Origin: Synechococcus sp. A15-28
GTDB lineage: Bacteria; Cyanobacteriota; Cyanobacteriia; PCC-6307; Cyanobiaceae
Assembly (NCBI RefSeq): GCF_014280175.1
Contig: NZ_CP047931.1
Location: 2,070,001-2,102,000 of the forward strand
Length of the DNA stretch: 32,000 nt
Direction: 5' to 3'
This document shows, in pieces, positions 9,629 through 20,634 of this stretch; the first letter of the stretch is position 1; every line of letters begins with the position of its first letter. The notes beneath the pieces are model-generated. The model made no database searches and had not been told where the DNA came from. It saw only the letters and a list, made by a program, of their open reading frames with translations. The position numbers and the translations under genes are program-made.

Positions 9629-10885
9629 TCAGAGCTGATCACCCAGCTTTTCAGCCACGGTGTTGACGTCCTTGTCGCCGCGACCGGAGCAGTTGATCAC
9701 GATCTCGCTGCCCTCAGGCAGCGTGGGGCAGAGGGTCTCCAGCCAGGCGAAGGCATGGGCGGTCTCCAGGGCCGGAATGATCCCCTCCAGCTCACTCACC
9801 AGGCGCAGGGCATCGAGGGCCTGCTGATCGGTGACGGCGCCGTACTCAGCCCGTCCGATCTCGCGCAGGTAGCTGTGCTCAGGGCCCACACCCGGGTAAT
9901 CGAGACCGGCGCTGATCGAATGGGCTTCCTGCACCTGTCCGTCGTTGTCCTGCAGCAGCAGGCTCATGGCGCCATGGAGCACCCCGGCACGACCTTCGGT
10001 GATGGTGGCGGCATGGCGACCGGTGGCGACGCCATCACCAGCGGCTTCGACACCGATCAAACGCACATTGGTGCACTCCACAAAGGGGTGGAACAGCCCC
10101 ATGGCATTGGAGCCACCGCCCACGCAGGCCATCAGCACATCCGGCAGGCGACCGAAAGCCTCACGGCACTGCTGACGGGCTTCCTGACCGATCACGGCAT
10201 GAAAATCCCGCACCAGCATCGGGTAGGGATGGGGGCCGGCGACGGATCCCAGGATGTAGTGGGTTGTCTCGACGTTGGTGACCCAGTCGCGGATCGCTTC
10301 GCTGGTGGCGTCCTTCAGGGTGGCGGTCCCGGCCGTGACCGGTTGAACCGTGGCCCCCAGCAGGCGCATCCGGAACACATTCAGGGCCTGGCGCCGCATG
10401 TCTTCGGCGCCCATGTAGATCACACACTCCAGACCGAAGCGGGCGCAGACGGTGGCCGTCGCCACACCGTGCTGGCCGGCACCGGTCTCGGCGATGATCC
10501 GCTTCTTGCCCATGCGCAGGGCCAACAGCGCCTGGCCGAGGGCGTTGTTGATCTTGTGGGCGCCGGTGTGATTCAGGTCCTCACGCTTGAGCCAGATGCG
10601 GGGGCCACCATCGGCGCGGCGGTAGTGGGCCGTCAGCCGTTCAGCTTCGTAAAGCGGTGTGGCCCGGCCGACGTAGTTCTTGAGCAGCTGGTTGAGTTCT
10701 GCGGTGAAGGCGGGATCGTTCCAGGCCTGGGCCGCGGCCTGCTCCAGCTCCGCCAGAGCCGGCATCAGGGTTTCCGGAACGTACTGGCCACCGAAACGAC
10801 CGAAGCGACCGTGGGCTCCAGGACGCACGGAAGGCTGCAGGCTGGCGGGATCCGGCGTGCTGGCGGTCGGCAGGGTGCTGGTCAC
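9629..10885 (-). CDS. trpB: tryptophan synthase beta chain
   Basis: [14 protein letters not shown]-lysine motif and GGGSNAMG. 418 aa. Confidence 0.95.
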   Translation of the reverse strand: MTSTLPTASTPDPASLQPSVRPGAHGRFGRFGGQYVPETLMPALAELEQAAAQAWNDPAFTAELNQLLKNYVGRATPLYEAERLTAHYRRADGGPRIWLKREDLNHTGAHKINNALGQALLALRMGKKRIIAETGAGQHGVATATVCARFGLECVIYMGAEDMRRQALNVFRMRLLGATVQPVTAGTATLKDATSEAIRDWVTNVETTHYILGSVAGPHPYPMLVRDFHAVIGQEARQQCREAFGRLPDVLMACVGGGSNAMGLFHPFVECTNVRLIGVEAAGDGVATGRHAATITEGRAGVLHGAMSLLLQDNDGQVQEAHSISAGLDYPGVGPEHSYLREIGRAEYGAVTDQQALDALRLVSELEGIIPALETAHAFAWLETLCPTLPEGSEIVINCSGRGDKDVNTVAEKLGDQL

Positions 10886-10963
10886 AGGGATCCACAGCGG
10901 AGCGTCGACTCAGGGTAGGCAGACGCGCTGCAGGCAGGATGGATCCGATTGCACGGAATTCGG

Positions 10964-11287
10964 ATGCCGAAGGGCGGCTGGCAGGAATTCAGCAGCGCTG
11001 ACAGCCTCCAGCGCCCAGCTGTCACGGCAGACAGCACACCAAAGGCGCAGCAGATGGTGCGGGTGCAACCCACCCGCGGTGGCAAGGGCGGCAAGACCGT
11101 GACCGTGATCCGTGGGCTTGAACTCGACGCCGCCGGGTTCAAGGCCCTGCTCAAGAAACTGAAAACAAGGATCGGCAGCGGCGGCACCGCCAAGGACGGT
11201 GTGATCGAGCTGCAGGGGGATCAGGTGGACCTGGCCCTGGACCTGCTGGCCAAGGAGGGCTATCGACCGAAGCGAGCCGGTGGTTAG
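10964..11287 (+). CDS. translation initiation factor SUI1/YciH family
   Basis: [16 protein letters not shown] ... [21 protein letters not shown]. The track ORF begins at TTG 10949; ATG 10964 (MPKGGW...) is preferred. Confidence 0.85.
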   Translation: MPKGGWQEFSSADSLQRPAVTADSTPKAQQMVRVQPTRGGKGGKTVTVIRGLELDAAGFKALLKKLKTRIGSGGTAKDGVIELQGDQVDLALDLLAKEGYRPKRAGG

Positions 11288-11318
11288 GGGAGAATGGCGC
11301 GCACTTCAGCCTCAGCCC

Positions 11319-11963
11319 ATGACCGCCAGCCCCACCTACGGAGAGCTCACCAACCAGGGGGCGTCCACCAACATCGCCTGGCATCAGGCTTCGGTGGATC
11401 GGGCGGCACGGGCTGAGCAACGCGGTCATCGCAGCGCCATCCTCTGGTTCACCGGACTTTCCGGCTCCGGCAAGAGCACCCTGGCCAATGCCGTCAACGC
11501 CGCCCTGTTCCAACGGGGCCTGGCGACCTACGTGCTGGATGGCGACAACGTCCGCCACGGCCTCTGCAAGGACCTGGGCTTTTCCGATGCCGACCGCGAA
11601 GAGAACATCCGTCGCATCGGCGAGTTGGCCAAATTGTTCCTGGACTCCGGCGTCATCGTGCTGACGGCCTTTGTGTCCCCCTTCCGCGCGGACCGGGACA
11701 AAGCCCGCGCCCTGGTGGAGGACGGTGATTTCATCGAAATCCACTGCGCGGCGGATCTGGAGGTCTGCGAATCCCGCGATCCCAAGGGTCTCTATGCCAA
11801 GGCCCGTGCCGGCCAGATCAAGGAGTTCACCGGCATCTCCAGCCCCTACGAAGCACCGGAGGCCGCAGAACTGAAGATCGACACCGGCAGCCAGGAGCTG
11901 GCCGAATCGGTCGAACTGGTGATCAAGGCCCTGCAGGAACGGGGGGTGATTCCGGCGGCGTGA
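11319..11963 (+). CDS. cysC: adenylyl-sulfate (APS) kinase
   Basis: P-loop [32 protein letters not shown]. Start at ATG 11319 within track ORF 11280..11963. Confidence 0.9.
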   Translation: MTASPTYGELTNQGASTNIAWHQASVDRAARAEQRGHRSAILWFTGLSGSGKSTLANAVNAALFQRGLATYVLDGDNVRHGLCKDLGFSDADREENIRRIGELAKLFLDSGVIVLTAFVSPFRADRDKARALVEDGDFIEIHCAADLEVCESRDPKGLYAKARAGQIKEFTGISSPYEAPEAAELKIDTGSQELAESVELVIKALQERGVIPAA

Positions 11964-12999
11964 CACCGCTCCTCGCCGCCTCGGCGAGGGTTTTGATGCA
12001 GCTGGCCACAGGCACCGCCAGCAGCAGACCCAACAGATCGCCCACGCCGAGAATGGCTCCGAGCCGGGAGCCGATCGGCAAGGCGATCAACAACCAAGCC
12101 GGCTGCAGCCCAACGATGCTGCCCATCAGCCGCGGTTGGATCACCTGATCCACGATCTGGCCGACCACGATCGCCGCCGCCAGCAGCTCGATGCCGGTGC
12201 GGGGATCCTGCACACCGAGCACAGCGCTGACGAACACGATGGTCAGGGCACTGGCGTAGGGAATCAGGGTGGTGAAGCCGATCAGCACGGCGAACAACAC
12301 GCCATAGGGAATCTCCAGCACGGTGAACACCACCAGTTGTCCGGCGCTGAGGATCAGAGCCAACACCACCTGTCCTGCGAAGTAGCCGCGGAAGGTGCGA
12401 TCCAGCGTCGTGCCCACCAAGCCACGCCAGCGGGGCGGCAGCCACTGGAGCAGCCCCGCGGCGATCGAATCACCGCCCAGCAGCAGAAACACCGCCAGCA
12501 CCAGGATGATCAGCCCATTGATCGTGGTGCCCACCGTGGCCCCGAGGATGCTGAGCAGCCGCTGGCTGAACTGCGTCGCCAGTCGACTGATCTGGGAGAT
12601 CAGATCACTGCTGAGATCAGCGAACTCCGCTGGCAAACCATGGTTCAAAGCCCAGGATTGCCCCTGGTTGATCCAGGCTTCCGCTGCAGCGAGCAAAGCG
12701 GGCGAGGCATTGGTCAGCTGACTGAGCTGGTCAATAAGCAGCGGCAGCAGCTCCACCGCCGCCAGCCCGAGCAGGCCCACGGTGAGCAGCATCACCAGGG
12801 AGACGGAACCGATGCGGGAGAGACCGCGGCCCATCAGCCAGCGACAGGGCAGGTCCAGCAGAAAGGCGATCAAGGCCGCCGTGAGGAACAGGCCGGGAAA
12901 CGGCGCGAACTGCACCAGTAGCCGCTTGAGCACAAAGGCATTCACCCCCAGAAGCGGCAGCACCAGTCCGAGACGCAGCCAGGCCGGCCAGGGGTTCAT
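11923..12999 (-). CDS. AI-2E/PerM (UPF0118) family membrane transporter
   Basis: 358-aa polytopic protein with the characteristic ...[17 protein letters not shown]... and [19 protein letters not shown] segments. Confidence 0.8.
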
Positions 13000-13010
13000 C
13001 GCGTTGAAAG

Positions 13011-13568
13011 TCAGGGGGTCGACATGCCGTCGAGATAGGCCGTGCTGCCGAGATCCAGCAGACGGGCATCCTTGGCCGCCACTGCATCGTGCAACCTGCG
13101 GCGATAGTCCGCCAGTCGAGCCGCCAGGGCCTCGTCCGCCACCGACAGGATCTGTGCAGCCAGCAATCCGGCATTGAGGCCGCCGCCGATGGCCATGGTG
13201 GCCACAGGAATGCCTCCCGGCATCTGCACAATCGAATGGAGCGAATCCACCCCGGACAGGGCTCGGCTTTGCACAGGGACTCCGATCACCGGCAGGGTGG
13301 TGAGGGCCGCCACCATCCCCGGAAGATGGGCCGCACCACCGGCGCCGGCCACGATCACACCGAAACCCTCAGCACGGGCCGCTTGAGCAAACGCCACCAT
13401 CTCCAGGGGCGTGCGGTGGGCGGACAACACCCGCACCTCCACCTCAACCCCCAGCTCCCGCAGGATGGCCGCGGCCGGTTCCATGGTCGGCAGGTCGGAA
13501 TCACTGCCCATCACCACGGCCACGCGGGGGAGAACTGTCGTCACGGAAAAGAACGGCAAGACTGTCAT
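13011..13568 (-). CDS. purE: N5-carboxyaminoimidazole ribonucleotide mutase
   Basis: [20 protein letters not shown] and [14 protein letters not shown] motifs. Start set to ATG 13568 (MTVLPFF...); the longer track ORF adds a non-homologous extension. Confidence 0.9.
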   Translation of the reverse strand: MTVLPFFSVTTVLPRVAVVMGSDSDLPTMEPAAAILRELGVEVEVRVLSAHRTPLEMVAFAQAARAEGFGVIVAGAGGAAHLPGMVAALTTLPVIGVPVQSRALSGVDSLHSIVQMPGGIPVATMAIGGGLNAGLLAAQILSVADEALAARLADYRRRLHDAVAAKDARLLDLGSTAYLDGMSTP

Positions 13569-13601
13569 CGTCTCCCGCAGCGGCCCCTTCGGCCAGACCT
13601 G

Positions 13602-14753
13602 ATGCGACGGATCACCGATGTGCGCCTGCCCGCACCCCTCGGCAGCGACAGGGAGCGACGCCATTGGGTCGATCTCAACGATGACGGCTGCATCGTTGCC
13701 ATCCAGCCCCAGGTTGAGGCGGAACAACGCCATGGCACCAACTGGCACGGCGACTGGCTCAGCCCCCGCGGCATTGACCTGCAGATCAACGGTGGTCTGG
13801 GGCTGGCCTTCACTGAACTGGTCGACCAGGATCTGCCGCGGCTTATCGCGCTGCTGGAGCTGTTGTGGCAGGACGGTGTCGAGGCGATTGCCCCGACCCT
13901 GGTGACCTGTGGCATTGGCCCGTTACGTCGAGCCCTGGAGGTGTTGCGCCAGGCGCGGCGGCAGCATCAGCCGAGCCGCTGCCGTTTGCTGGGGGCCCAT
14001 CTGGAGGGTCCGTTCCTGGCGGAAGCCCGCCGCGGTGCGCATCCGATGGAGCATCTGGCAGCCCCCAGCCTGGAGGCACTGGAGCAGCGGATCGGCGGTT
14101 TTGAATCGGAGATCGCCCTGGTGACCCTGGCGCCGGAACTGGAGGGGGCCGCCGTGGTGATCCAGCGGCTGCGGCAGCTGGGCATCGCCGTCGCCCTCGG
14201 GCACAGTGCCGCCAAGGCAGAGCAGGCGGGCCAGGCCTTTGACCTGGGGGTGGAGATGATCACCCATGCCTTCAATGCGATGCCAGGACTGCACCACCGG
14301 GCGCCTGGACCACTGGGGGAAGCCTGCCGGCGGGGCGGTATCGCCCTGGGCCTGATCGCCGATGGGGTGCACGTGGACCCGACCATGGCGGTGCTGTTGC
14401 AACGGCTGGCCCCGGAGCAGGTGGTGCTGGTGAGCGATGCCCTGGCTCCCTACGGCCTGGCGGATGGCGAACACCGCTGGGACAAGCGGGTGCTGCTGGT
14501 GCAGAACGGCACCTGCCGGCTGGAGGACGGCACCTTCGCCGGGGTGACCCTGCCCCAGCTGGAGGGTGTCAGACGTCTTGCTTGCTGGAGCGATGAACCC
14601 GGCGCTGCAATCTGGAGCGCCACGGTGGCGCCGCGGCGGCTGAGCGATGGCGGCACGGGGGTGGAGGACGCCCTGCTGGGGAAACCACTGAAGGAACAGC
14701 TGCGCTGGAGCCGCCAAGCGGCTGGAGATCTGCACTGGGCCTGCGCTGCTTAA
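13602..14753 (+). CDS. nagA: N-acetylglucosamine-6-phosphate deacetylase
   Basis: [18 protein letters not shown] and THAFNAM motifs. Start at in-frame ATG 13602 (MRRITDV...). The upstream 171 codons of track ORF 13089.. are antisense to purE. Confidence 0.85.
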   Translation: MRRITDVRLPAPLGSDRERRHWVDLNDDGCIVAIQPQVEAEQRHGTNWHGDWLSPRGIDLQINGGLGLAFTELVDQDLPRLIALLELLWQDGVEAIAPTLVTCGIGPLRRALEVLRQARRQHQPSRCRLLGAHLEGPFLAEARRGAHPMEHLAAPSLEALEQRIGGFESEIALVTLAPELEGAAVVIQRLRQLGIAVALGHSAAKAEQAGQAFDLGVEMITHAFNAMPGLHHRAPGPLGEACRRGGIALGLIADGVHVDPTMAVLLQRLAPEQVVLVSDALAPYGLADGEHRWDKRVLLVQNGTCRLEDGTFAGVTLPQLEGVRRLACWSDEPGAAIWSATVAPRRLSDGGTGVEDALLGKPLKEQLRWSRQAAGDLHWACAA

Positions 14754-14780
14754 GATCCCGCCGAATACGTCCAACCTTCG

Positions 14781-15494
14781 ATGGCCCCCGATCAACTGCT
14801 GGAGCAGAAACAGGCCGAGAAGCAGGAGGTGAAGGGCTACTTCGAGACCACGGGCTTCGATCGCTGGAACCGCATCTACAGCGAAAGCGATGAGGTGAAC
14901 AAGGTGCAGCGCAACATCCGCATCGGCCACCAGAAGACCGTCGATGAGGTGCTGGCCTGGATCAAGGAGAGCGATGAGCTCAACGACGTGAGCTTCTGTG
15001 ATGCAGGCTGCGGCGTCGGCAGCCTCAGCCTGCCGCTGGCCGAGATGGGGGCCGGCTCGATCAGCGCCAGCGACATCTCCGAAGCCATGGCCCAGGAAGC
15101 CGACCGACGCGCCCGCGCGGCAGGTCTGGACATGGCAAAGCTCAGTTTCAGCGCTTCAGACCTGGAGAGCCTTCAGGGTTCCTTCCACACCGTGTGCTGC
15201 CTGGATGTGTTCATTCACTACCCCCAGCAACTGGCCGAGGAGATGGTGAAGCACCTCTGCAGCCTCACCGAACAGCGCCTGATCGTCAGCTTTGCGCCCT
15301 ACACACCGCTGCTGGCGCTGCTGAAGGGCATCGGCCAGCTGTTCCCAGGCCCCAGCAAGACCACCCGGGCCTACACGCTCAAGGAAGCAGGCATCGTCAA
15401 AGCGGCGGAAGCCTGCGGCTTCAAGCTGGTGCGCCGCAGCCTGAACAAGGCCCCCTTCTACTTCTCCCGCCTGATCGAATTCCGCAAGGCCTGA
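14781..15494 (+). CDS. chlM: Mg-protoporphyrin IX methyltransferase
   Basis: VKGYFETTGFDRWNRIYS...VNKVQRNIRIGH N-terminus and SAM motif DAGCGVGSLS. Confidence 0.9.
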   Translation: MAPDQLLEQKQAEKQEVKGYFETTGFDRWNRIYSESDEVNKVQRNIRIGHQKTVDEVLAWIKESDELNDVSFCDAGCGVGSLSLPLAEMGAGSISASDISEAMAQEADRRARAAGLDMAKLSFSASDLESLQGSFHTVCCLDVFIHYPQQLAEEMVKHLCSLTEQRLIVSFAPYTPLLALLKGIGQLFPGPSKTTRAYTLKEAGIVKAAEACGFKLVRRSLNKAPFYFSRLIEFRKA

Positions 15495-16405
15495 TCTCCC
15501 TCAAACGGGGGATCGACCTGCAGTGTGGACTCCCCCAACTGAGGGAGTCCGGACAACCGCCAGGCATGCAGCCGGTAGCCCCCATCCCCTGGGGTTGCTG
15601 TTGCGGAAATCTCTCGGTTGAGCAGATAGAGCGGATCTCCGAGCAGCGGGCTGCCCAGCTGCGCCAGATGAATACGGATCTGATGGGGGCGACCGGTGGA
15701 GATCGTCACCTGCAAACGATCACCCTCAGCCGTGCGCTCCAACAGCTCGAACTCGGAGTGGGCTGAAAGCCGTTTGCGGATTGGCTCCTCATCCAGGGGT
15801 TCCGGCCCCCAGATCCAACCCAGCAGCGGATGCGGCCGTTCCACCACGTCACTGCTCACCGTCAAACACCGCCCCAGCTCCAATCCAGGCACCCGCTGGC
15901 TCCAGGCCTGATACACCTTGCGGCAGCCGCCATCCGGCCGGAACTGCTTGGACCAGAGGGCGCGAGTTGGCGACGTGCGCGCGCACACCTGCAGGCCGGA
16001 GGTGAACCGCCCCAGCCGATGCACCGGCCGCGCACCGGTGGGCTCGAGCAAGGCCGTCAATGTGTGGCGGAGGAAGCCACCGCCGGGCATCACCGGCAAC
16101 CCCGAGGGCTTGTTGATCACCAGCAGATCGCCGTCGTCGTGGATCGTGTCCCAGTGATCGGGAATCGCCTCTTCCAGCCAGGGCGGCCGGCTCCAACAGA
16201 GGATCTCACCGCCCTGCAGCTGTTGATCACCAGAGAGAACTGCTCCGTTCAACTCCAGCTCGCCCGCAGCGATCCTCTGCTGCCAGATCAATGCTTCGGA
16301 GTGGCGGTAGCGATGCGCCAGCCATTCGCTCACCAGGGTCCTGACGCCGACCCGCGGCACCCTGTCGCGGTAGGTCCAACCGCTGTTGAGCGCGGCAGGC
16401 TTCAA
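15458..16405 (-). CDS. RluA-family pseudouridine synthase with an S4-like N-terminus
   Basis: HRLGRFTSGL catalytic-Asp-region equivalent and GRPHQIRIHL motif. TTG start overlaps the response-regulator stop (TTGA). Confidence 0.8.
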   Translation of the reverse strand: MKPAALNSGWTYRDRVPRVGVRTLVSEWLAHRYRHSEALIWQQRIAAGELELNGAVLSGDQQLQGGEILCWSRPPWLEEAIPDHWDTIHDDGDLLVINKPSGLPVMPGGGFLRHTLTALLEPTGARPVHRLGRFTSGLQVCARTSPTRALWSKQFRPDGGCRKVYQAWSQRVPGLELGRCLTVSSDVVERPHPLLGWIWGPEPLDEEPIRKRLSAHSEFELLERTAEGDRLQVTISTGRPHQIRIHLAQLGSPLLGDPLYLLNREISATATPGDGGYRLHAWRLSGLPQLGESTLQVDPPFEGDQALRNSIRREK

Positions 16406-17139
16406 GTCACCAGACGGTGCTCCAGGGCGTAGCGCACCAGTTCCGTGCGGCTGGAGGTACCCGTCTTGTTGAACAGCCGGCTCACGTACTTCTCAACGTT
16501 GCGAATGGAGGTCTCCAGCTGACGGGCGATTTCCTTGTTCATCAATCCTTCCGCCACCAGCTGCAGCACGCTCGCCTCCCGCGGCGTGAAGCTGTGCACC
16601 ACGGGCTCAGTGGAAGGCAGTGCTTCCGCCTGGGCCAACAGCGAGCGGATCTCGGTGATCTGCTTGGCCATCTGACCCATATCCGTATCCGCAAAGCGGG
16701 CCGCCTCCTGCAGCAACCGCTGCTGCCGCTGGGCCACATTGCGCACCCGCGCCACCAGCTCATCGGGATCGAACGGTTTGGGGATGTAGTCATCCACCCC
16801 CGCCAGGTAGCCCTGGGTGCGGTCCGCCGTCATTCCCTTGGCGGTGAGGAAGATCACCGGGGTGCCTCCAAGGCGTTCATCGGCCCGCAGCTTCTTCAGC
16901 AGCCCGTAGCCATCGAGCCGCGGCATCATCACATCGCTGATCACCACCTCAGGAAGCATCTGCTGCGCCTTGGTGAAGCCTTCTTCGCCATCCACGGCGG
17001 TGGTCACCTCAAACCCTTCGTCCTCGAGGTAGGCCTGCACTGCCGTCCGCAGCCCCGGCTCGTCATCCACCAGCAGCAGCCGCGGGGCCGGCACAGAAGC
17101 CTCCTGCGCGTCAGGGCTGGGAATTGGCGTGTCGGTCAT
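16402..17139 (-). CDS. two-component response regulator, receiver plus LuxR/NarL-type HTH
   Basis: Receiver: LLLVDDEP...ISDVMMPRLDG...FLTAKG...KPF. C-terminal FTPREASVLQLVAEGLMNKEIARQLETSIRNVEKYVSRLFNKTG. Confidence 0.9.
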   Translation of the reverse strand: MTDTPIPSPDAQEASVPAPRLLLVDDEPGLRTAVQAYLEDEGFEVTTAVDGEEGFTKAQQMLPEVVISDVMMPRLDGYGLLKKLRADERLGGTPVIFLTAKGMTADRTQGYLAGVDDYIPKPFDPDELVARVRNVAQRQQRLLQEAARFADTDMGQMAKQITEIRSLLAQAEALPSTEPVVHSFTPREASVLQLVAEGLMNKEIARQLETSIRNVEKYVSRLFNKTGTSSRTELVRYALEHRLVT

Positions 17140-17163
17140 GGCCGGAATCGCTCTGACAGAAGC

Positions 17164-17703
17164 CTATGGACGGGGAGACTTCGGAGCCAGTGCGGGTAAC
17201 TGCTGCTGACGTTCGGGAATCAGGGTCGAATAGCCCAGATCAAGGGCCTTCTGGCGCAACGTCGCTGGTTCGGTTCCCGCCACTTCGGGAACACAGGCTG
17301 CCCACCACACCAGATGATCCTCACGGTTGGTGTCGCTCACAGGACCGCCGGGGTTGAGGTTGCGCACATACACCGCCGTGGCAGTTCGTTTGACCCGCAA
17401 GGGATTGGCAGCACTGCAATTCACCGACTCGAAGTAGATGTTCAGATCATTCGGCAGCTCTTCCCAGATCTTGTACTGCCGCACGTCCGGATCAGCGGCG
17501 CTGGGCTTGATTGCATAGATGCCGATGGTGCGCAGGCCACCGGCATCCGGCGTTTCGATCAGCACCTTCAGATCAGCGGGGCGGGACTTCTTCATCTGCT
17601 CTAACACCTCCTGGCGATCAATCGCAGCGGCGCCAGGGGGGGCCAGCAACAGGGCCAGGCCGAACCAGGCCGTCGGGAATCGCAGACCCATGCCGATGGT
17701 CAA
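17164..17703 (-). CDS. hypothetical secreted protein (signal peptide)
   Basis: N-terminal GLRFPTAWFGLALLLAPPGAAA followed by a soluble domain with two Cys. No family recognised. Start 17703 or 17691. Confidence 0.6.
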   Translation of the reverse strand: MTIGMGLRFPTAWFGLALLLAPPGAAAIDRQEVLEQMKKSRPADLKVLIETPDAGGLRTIGIYAIKPSAADPDVRQYKIWEELPNDLNIYFESVNCSAANPLRVKRTATAVYVRNLNPGGPVSDTNREDHLVWWAACVPEVAGTEPATLRQKALDLGYSTLIPERQQQLPALAPKSPRP

Positions 17704-17801
17704 CTACGTGGCCAAGCATGATCGCAACAGTGTGAACAAACCAGCTGTCACGCCGTCCTCTTGCCTTTGATTTCCAGGCCACCACGCCCTGTGCGGCTCA
17801 G

Positions 17802-18902
17802 GTGGTGGAGGCGATGGCGCCCTACTGGAGTGAGGAATGGGGCAATCCCTCCAGCCGTCAGCACCGCCTCGGACTCACCGCTTCAGCGGCTGTGAACCTG
17901 GCCCGCAGGCAGATCGCGGAAGCCCTGGCCATCACGCCCCAGCGGCTGGTGTTCACCAGCGGTGCCACGGAAGCCAACAACCTTGCGCTGCTCGGCCATG
18001 CCCGAGCCCTGGGGAGCGGCCATCTGATCAGCGTGGCCACCGAACACCACGCGGTGCTCGATCCGCTGCATCAACTGCAGCGCGAGGGATTTGCCGTCAC
18101 GCTGCTGCAACCGCGCGCGGACGGGCTGATCGATCCGCAGCAGCTGCGTGCGGCGATCACCCCCGACACCCGGCTGGTCAGTGTGATGGCCGCCAACAAC
18201 GAAATTGGCGTGCTGCAACCGCTGGCGGAGCTGGCTTCGGTCTGTCGCGACCACGGCATCGCCTTGCACAGCGATGCGGCCCAGGCCTTCGGTCACATCC
18301 CTCTCGAGCCCGATGCCCTGGGCGTTGATCTGCTGAGCCTCAGTGCCCACAAGCTCTATGGCCCCAAGGGAATCGGTGCTCTGGTGATCCGAGAGGGTCT
18401 GGGACTTCAACCCCTGCAATGGGGCGGGGGCCAGGAGGCGGGCCTGAGGGCCGGCACCCTGCCCACCGCCCTGATCGTGGGTTTTGCAAAGGCTGCCCAG
18501 CTGGCCATGGCCGATCGGGAAGAACGGCAGCAGCGGCTGGCAGGACTGCGTGATCAACTCTGGGAGGGCCTGCAGCAGCGCCTCCCCGGCGTGCTGCTCA
18601 ATGGGGCCCTGCAACCAAGGCTGCCCCACAACCTCAACATCACCCTGCCCGGGGTGAACGGCAGCCGCCTGCATCGCTCCCTCAAACCGCAACTCAGCTG
18701 CAGCAGCGGCTCGGCCTGCAGCAACGGCGCCCCCTCCCACGTGCTGCAAGCGATCGGCCGTTCGCGCGCTGAAGCCGAAGCCTCCCTGCGGCTGAGCCTG
18801 GGGCGCGACACCACAGCGGACGACGTCCACCAAGCAGTGATCGCCGTGGGTGAGACCGTCGCTGCAGCCCAGCGCAGATCTACCTACGTTCAGCTCGAGT
18901 GA
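17802..18902 (+). CDS. cysteine desulfurase (IscS/NifS class I)
   Basis: SAHKLYGPKGIGAL PLP-lysine and SSGSACS catalytic loop. 17802 (GTG) is the first canonical start, but the conserved LAFDFQATTP lies in-frame upstream (see finding). The true 5' end may be CTG 17745. Confidence 0.85.
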   Translation: MVEAMAPYWSEEWGNPSSRQHRLGLTASAAVNLARRQIAEALAITPQRLVFTSGATEANNLALLGHARALGSGHLISVATEHHAVLDPLHQLQREGFAVTLLQPRADGLIDPQQLRAAITPDTRLVSVMAANNEIGVLQPLAELASVCRDHGIALHSDAAQAFGHIPLEPDALGVDLLSLSAHKLYGPKGIGALVIREGLGLQPLQWGGGQEAGLRAGTLPTALIVGFAKAAQLAMADREERQQRLAGLRDQLWEGLQQRLPGVLLNGALQPRLPHNLNITLPGVNGSRLHRSLKPQLSCSSGSACSNGAPSHVLQAIGRSRAEAEASLRLSLGRDTTADDVHQAVIAVGETVAAAQRRSTYVQLE

Positions 18903-18911
18903 TTTGGATCC

Positions 18912-19709
18912 ATGAGCACCCGGGCCGAGCTTTCCGTTGGCGCTGCCATCCAGGAGGGATGGCGGGCCTTTCGACTGGCCCCCTGGGCCTTTGTGGGGTT
19001 TGTGCTGCTCAGCTCGCTGCTGGCCCAGTTGGCCAATCTGATTCCTGTGTTGGGCGCTCTGCTGGCAACGCTGGTGAACCTATGGGGCGGTGTTGGCCTG
19101 ATCCGCGGCTCCTGGATCGCCCTGGGGGGGACCGCACCTCGCTTTGACGATTTCACCCGCTGGAACGGGGCTGCCCTATGGCGTCTGTTCAGCCGGCAGC
19201 TGGTGCTTTGCCTCCTGCTGCTGCCCATCGCCCTGTTGGTGATCGTCGTGGCCCTCAATGCCGCCGATGCCTGGACGGTGTTCGCTCCGCTGATGAATCT
19301 GGCGCTGACGGTGGACCCAAGCGATCCGCAGCTGGCGGACGCCGGCAGTGCTGCCGCCCTTGAGCTGGCCCTGAATTTCAGCCGCAGCCCCCTGGCCTTG
19401 CTGACCCTGGCCTTCGGGTCTCTGTTTGCCACCTACATCCAGGTGAACCAAAGCTTTCTTGGCTTCATTGCTCTGCTCGAGGGCCTCAACCCGATCGCCA
19501 CGATTCAGCGCGGCATCAGCGTGGTGCAGGATCAGTGGTGGCAAGTGTTCGGCCTGTTGGTCCTGCAGGTGGTGATCCTGCTGCTGGGGCTTCTGGCCTG
19601 TGTCGTCGGCCTGGTAGCCGCCGCCCCAGTCTGCGTCTGCATCACAGGCGCTGCTTATCGGCAGCTGTTCGGTCAGGAGGACCAAGCCGGCCTGCTCAGG
19701 GATCAGTAA
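18912..19709 (+). CDS. integral membrane protein, conserved hypothetical
   Basis: 265 aa with several long hydrophobic segments. Follows the desulfurase by 9 nt. No motif recognised. Confidence 0.6.
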   Translation: MSTRAELSVGAAIQEGWRAFRLAPWAFVGFVLLSSLLAQLANLIPVLGALLATLVNLWGGVGLIRGSWIALGGTAPRFDDFTRWNGAALWRLFSRQLVLCLLLLPIALLVIVVALNAADAWTVFAPLMNLALTVDPSDPQLADAGSAAALELALNFSRSPLALLTLAFGSLFATYIQVNQSFLGFIALLEGLNPIATIQRGISVVQDQWWQVFGLLVLQVVILLLGLLACVVGLVAAAPVCVCITGAAYRQLFGQEDQAGLLRDQ

Positions 19710-20580
19710 CCTTGCGGGCCAGGCGCCATTTGGCGCTGCGGCTGCGGGGATTGGCCTCTTCCTCCTGCTCCGTCGCCACCACCGGCTTGCGGGTGATTCG
19801 TTGCAAGCGCTCATCCCGCAGGAAAGCGGTCTTGACGCGGCGGTCTTCCAGGGAATGGAAGCTGATGATCCCCAGCAGGCCCTCGGGCTCCAGCCAATCG
19901 GGAGCCTGCTGCAGCAGACGATCCAGCACCCCCAGCTCATCGTTCACCGCAATCCGCAGGGCCTGGAAGGTGCGGGTGGCGGGATGGATCCGACCTCGGC
20001 GAGCCTTGGGGGGGTAGCAACCGGCCACCGCATAGGCCAGGGCCGACGTGCCTTCGTATGCACCCTTCTCCTTGAGGTCGGCTTTGATCCGCCGGGCGAT
20101 GCGACGGGAGAGCCGCTCCTCCCCATAGCCATAGATCAGATCCGCCAGCTCGTTCTCCTCCAGGCGATCCATCAGCTCAGCCGCGGTCTCCCCCTCACCG
20201 CTGGAATTCATCCGCATGTCCAAGGGGCCATCCAGGCGGAAGCTGAAACCCCGCTCCGCCACATCCAGCTGCGGGCTGCTCACCCCCAGATCTGCCAGCA
20301 CCATCACAGCGGGCTCGGGCGGCACGTAGTCGGCAAAATTCGTGGCCACGATCGAGACGCGATCGCCGAAGGGAGCCAAGCGCTCCGCCGCCGCGGCCCG
20401 GGCCGTGGCGTCCTGGTCCAGGCCGATCAAGCGCAGGCCGGGATGCTGTTCCAGCAGCAGGGCGCTGTGGCCGCCACCGCCGAGGGTGGCGTCGATCAAC
20501 AGGCCATCGGCACGGTGGATCTGGCGGGCTGCATCCAGCACCGCTTCCGCCAGCACGGGCACATGGCTGAACAACGGCAC
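19696..20580 (-). CDS. rsmH: 16S rRNA (cytosine1402-N4)-methyltransferase
   Basis: HVPVL..., [20 protein letters not shown] and [11 protein letters not shown] motifs. Confidence 0.9.
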   Translation of the reverse strand: MPLFSHVPVLAEAVLDAARQIHRADGLLIDATLGGGGHSALLLEQHPGLRLIGLDQDATARAAAAERLAPFGDRVSIVATNFADYVPPEPAVMVLADLGVSSPQLDVAERGFSFRLDGPLDMRMNSSGEGETAAELMDRLEENELADLIYGYGEERLSRRIARRIKADLKEKGAYEGTSALAYAVAGCYPPKARRGRIHPATRTFQALRIAVNDELGVLDRLLQQAPDWLEPEGLLGIISFHSLEDRRVKTAFLRDERLQRITRKPVVATEQEEEANPRSRSAKWRLARKVTDP

Positions 20581-20634
20581 AGGCCCGAGGCGAGGACTAC
20601 CTAAGATCTACTCATCGATCGGACCGCCGCTCCC

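Noticed and set aside
13089-13601. N-terminal 171-codon extension of the nagA ORF.
   Set aside because: It is antisense to purE and Arg/His/Gly-rich. NagA homology only begins at MRRITDV (13602).
17733-17735. The in-frame TGA before the cysteine desulfurase read as a selenocysteine codon.
   Set aside because: I see no obvious SECIS-like hairpin immediately downstream. The residue would sit in a non-conserved leader, and picocyanobacteria are not known to me to use Sec here. CTG initiation or start-codon decay is the simpler explanation.
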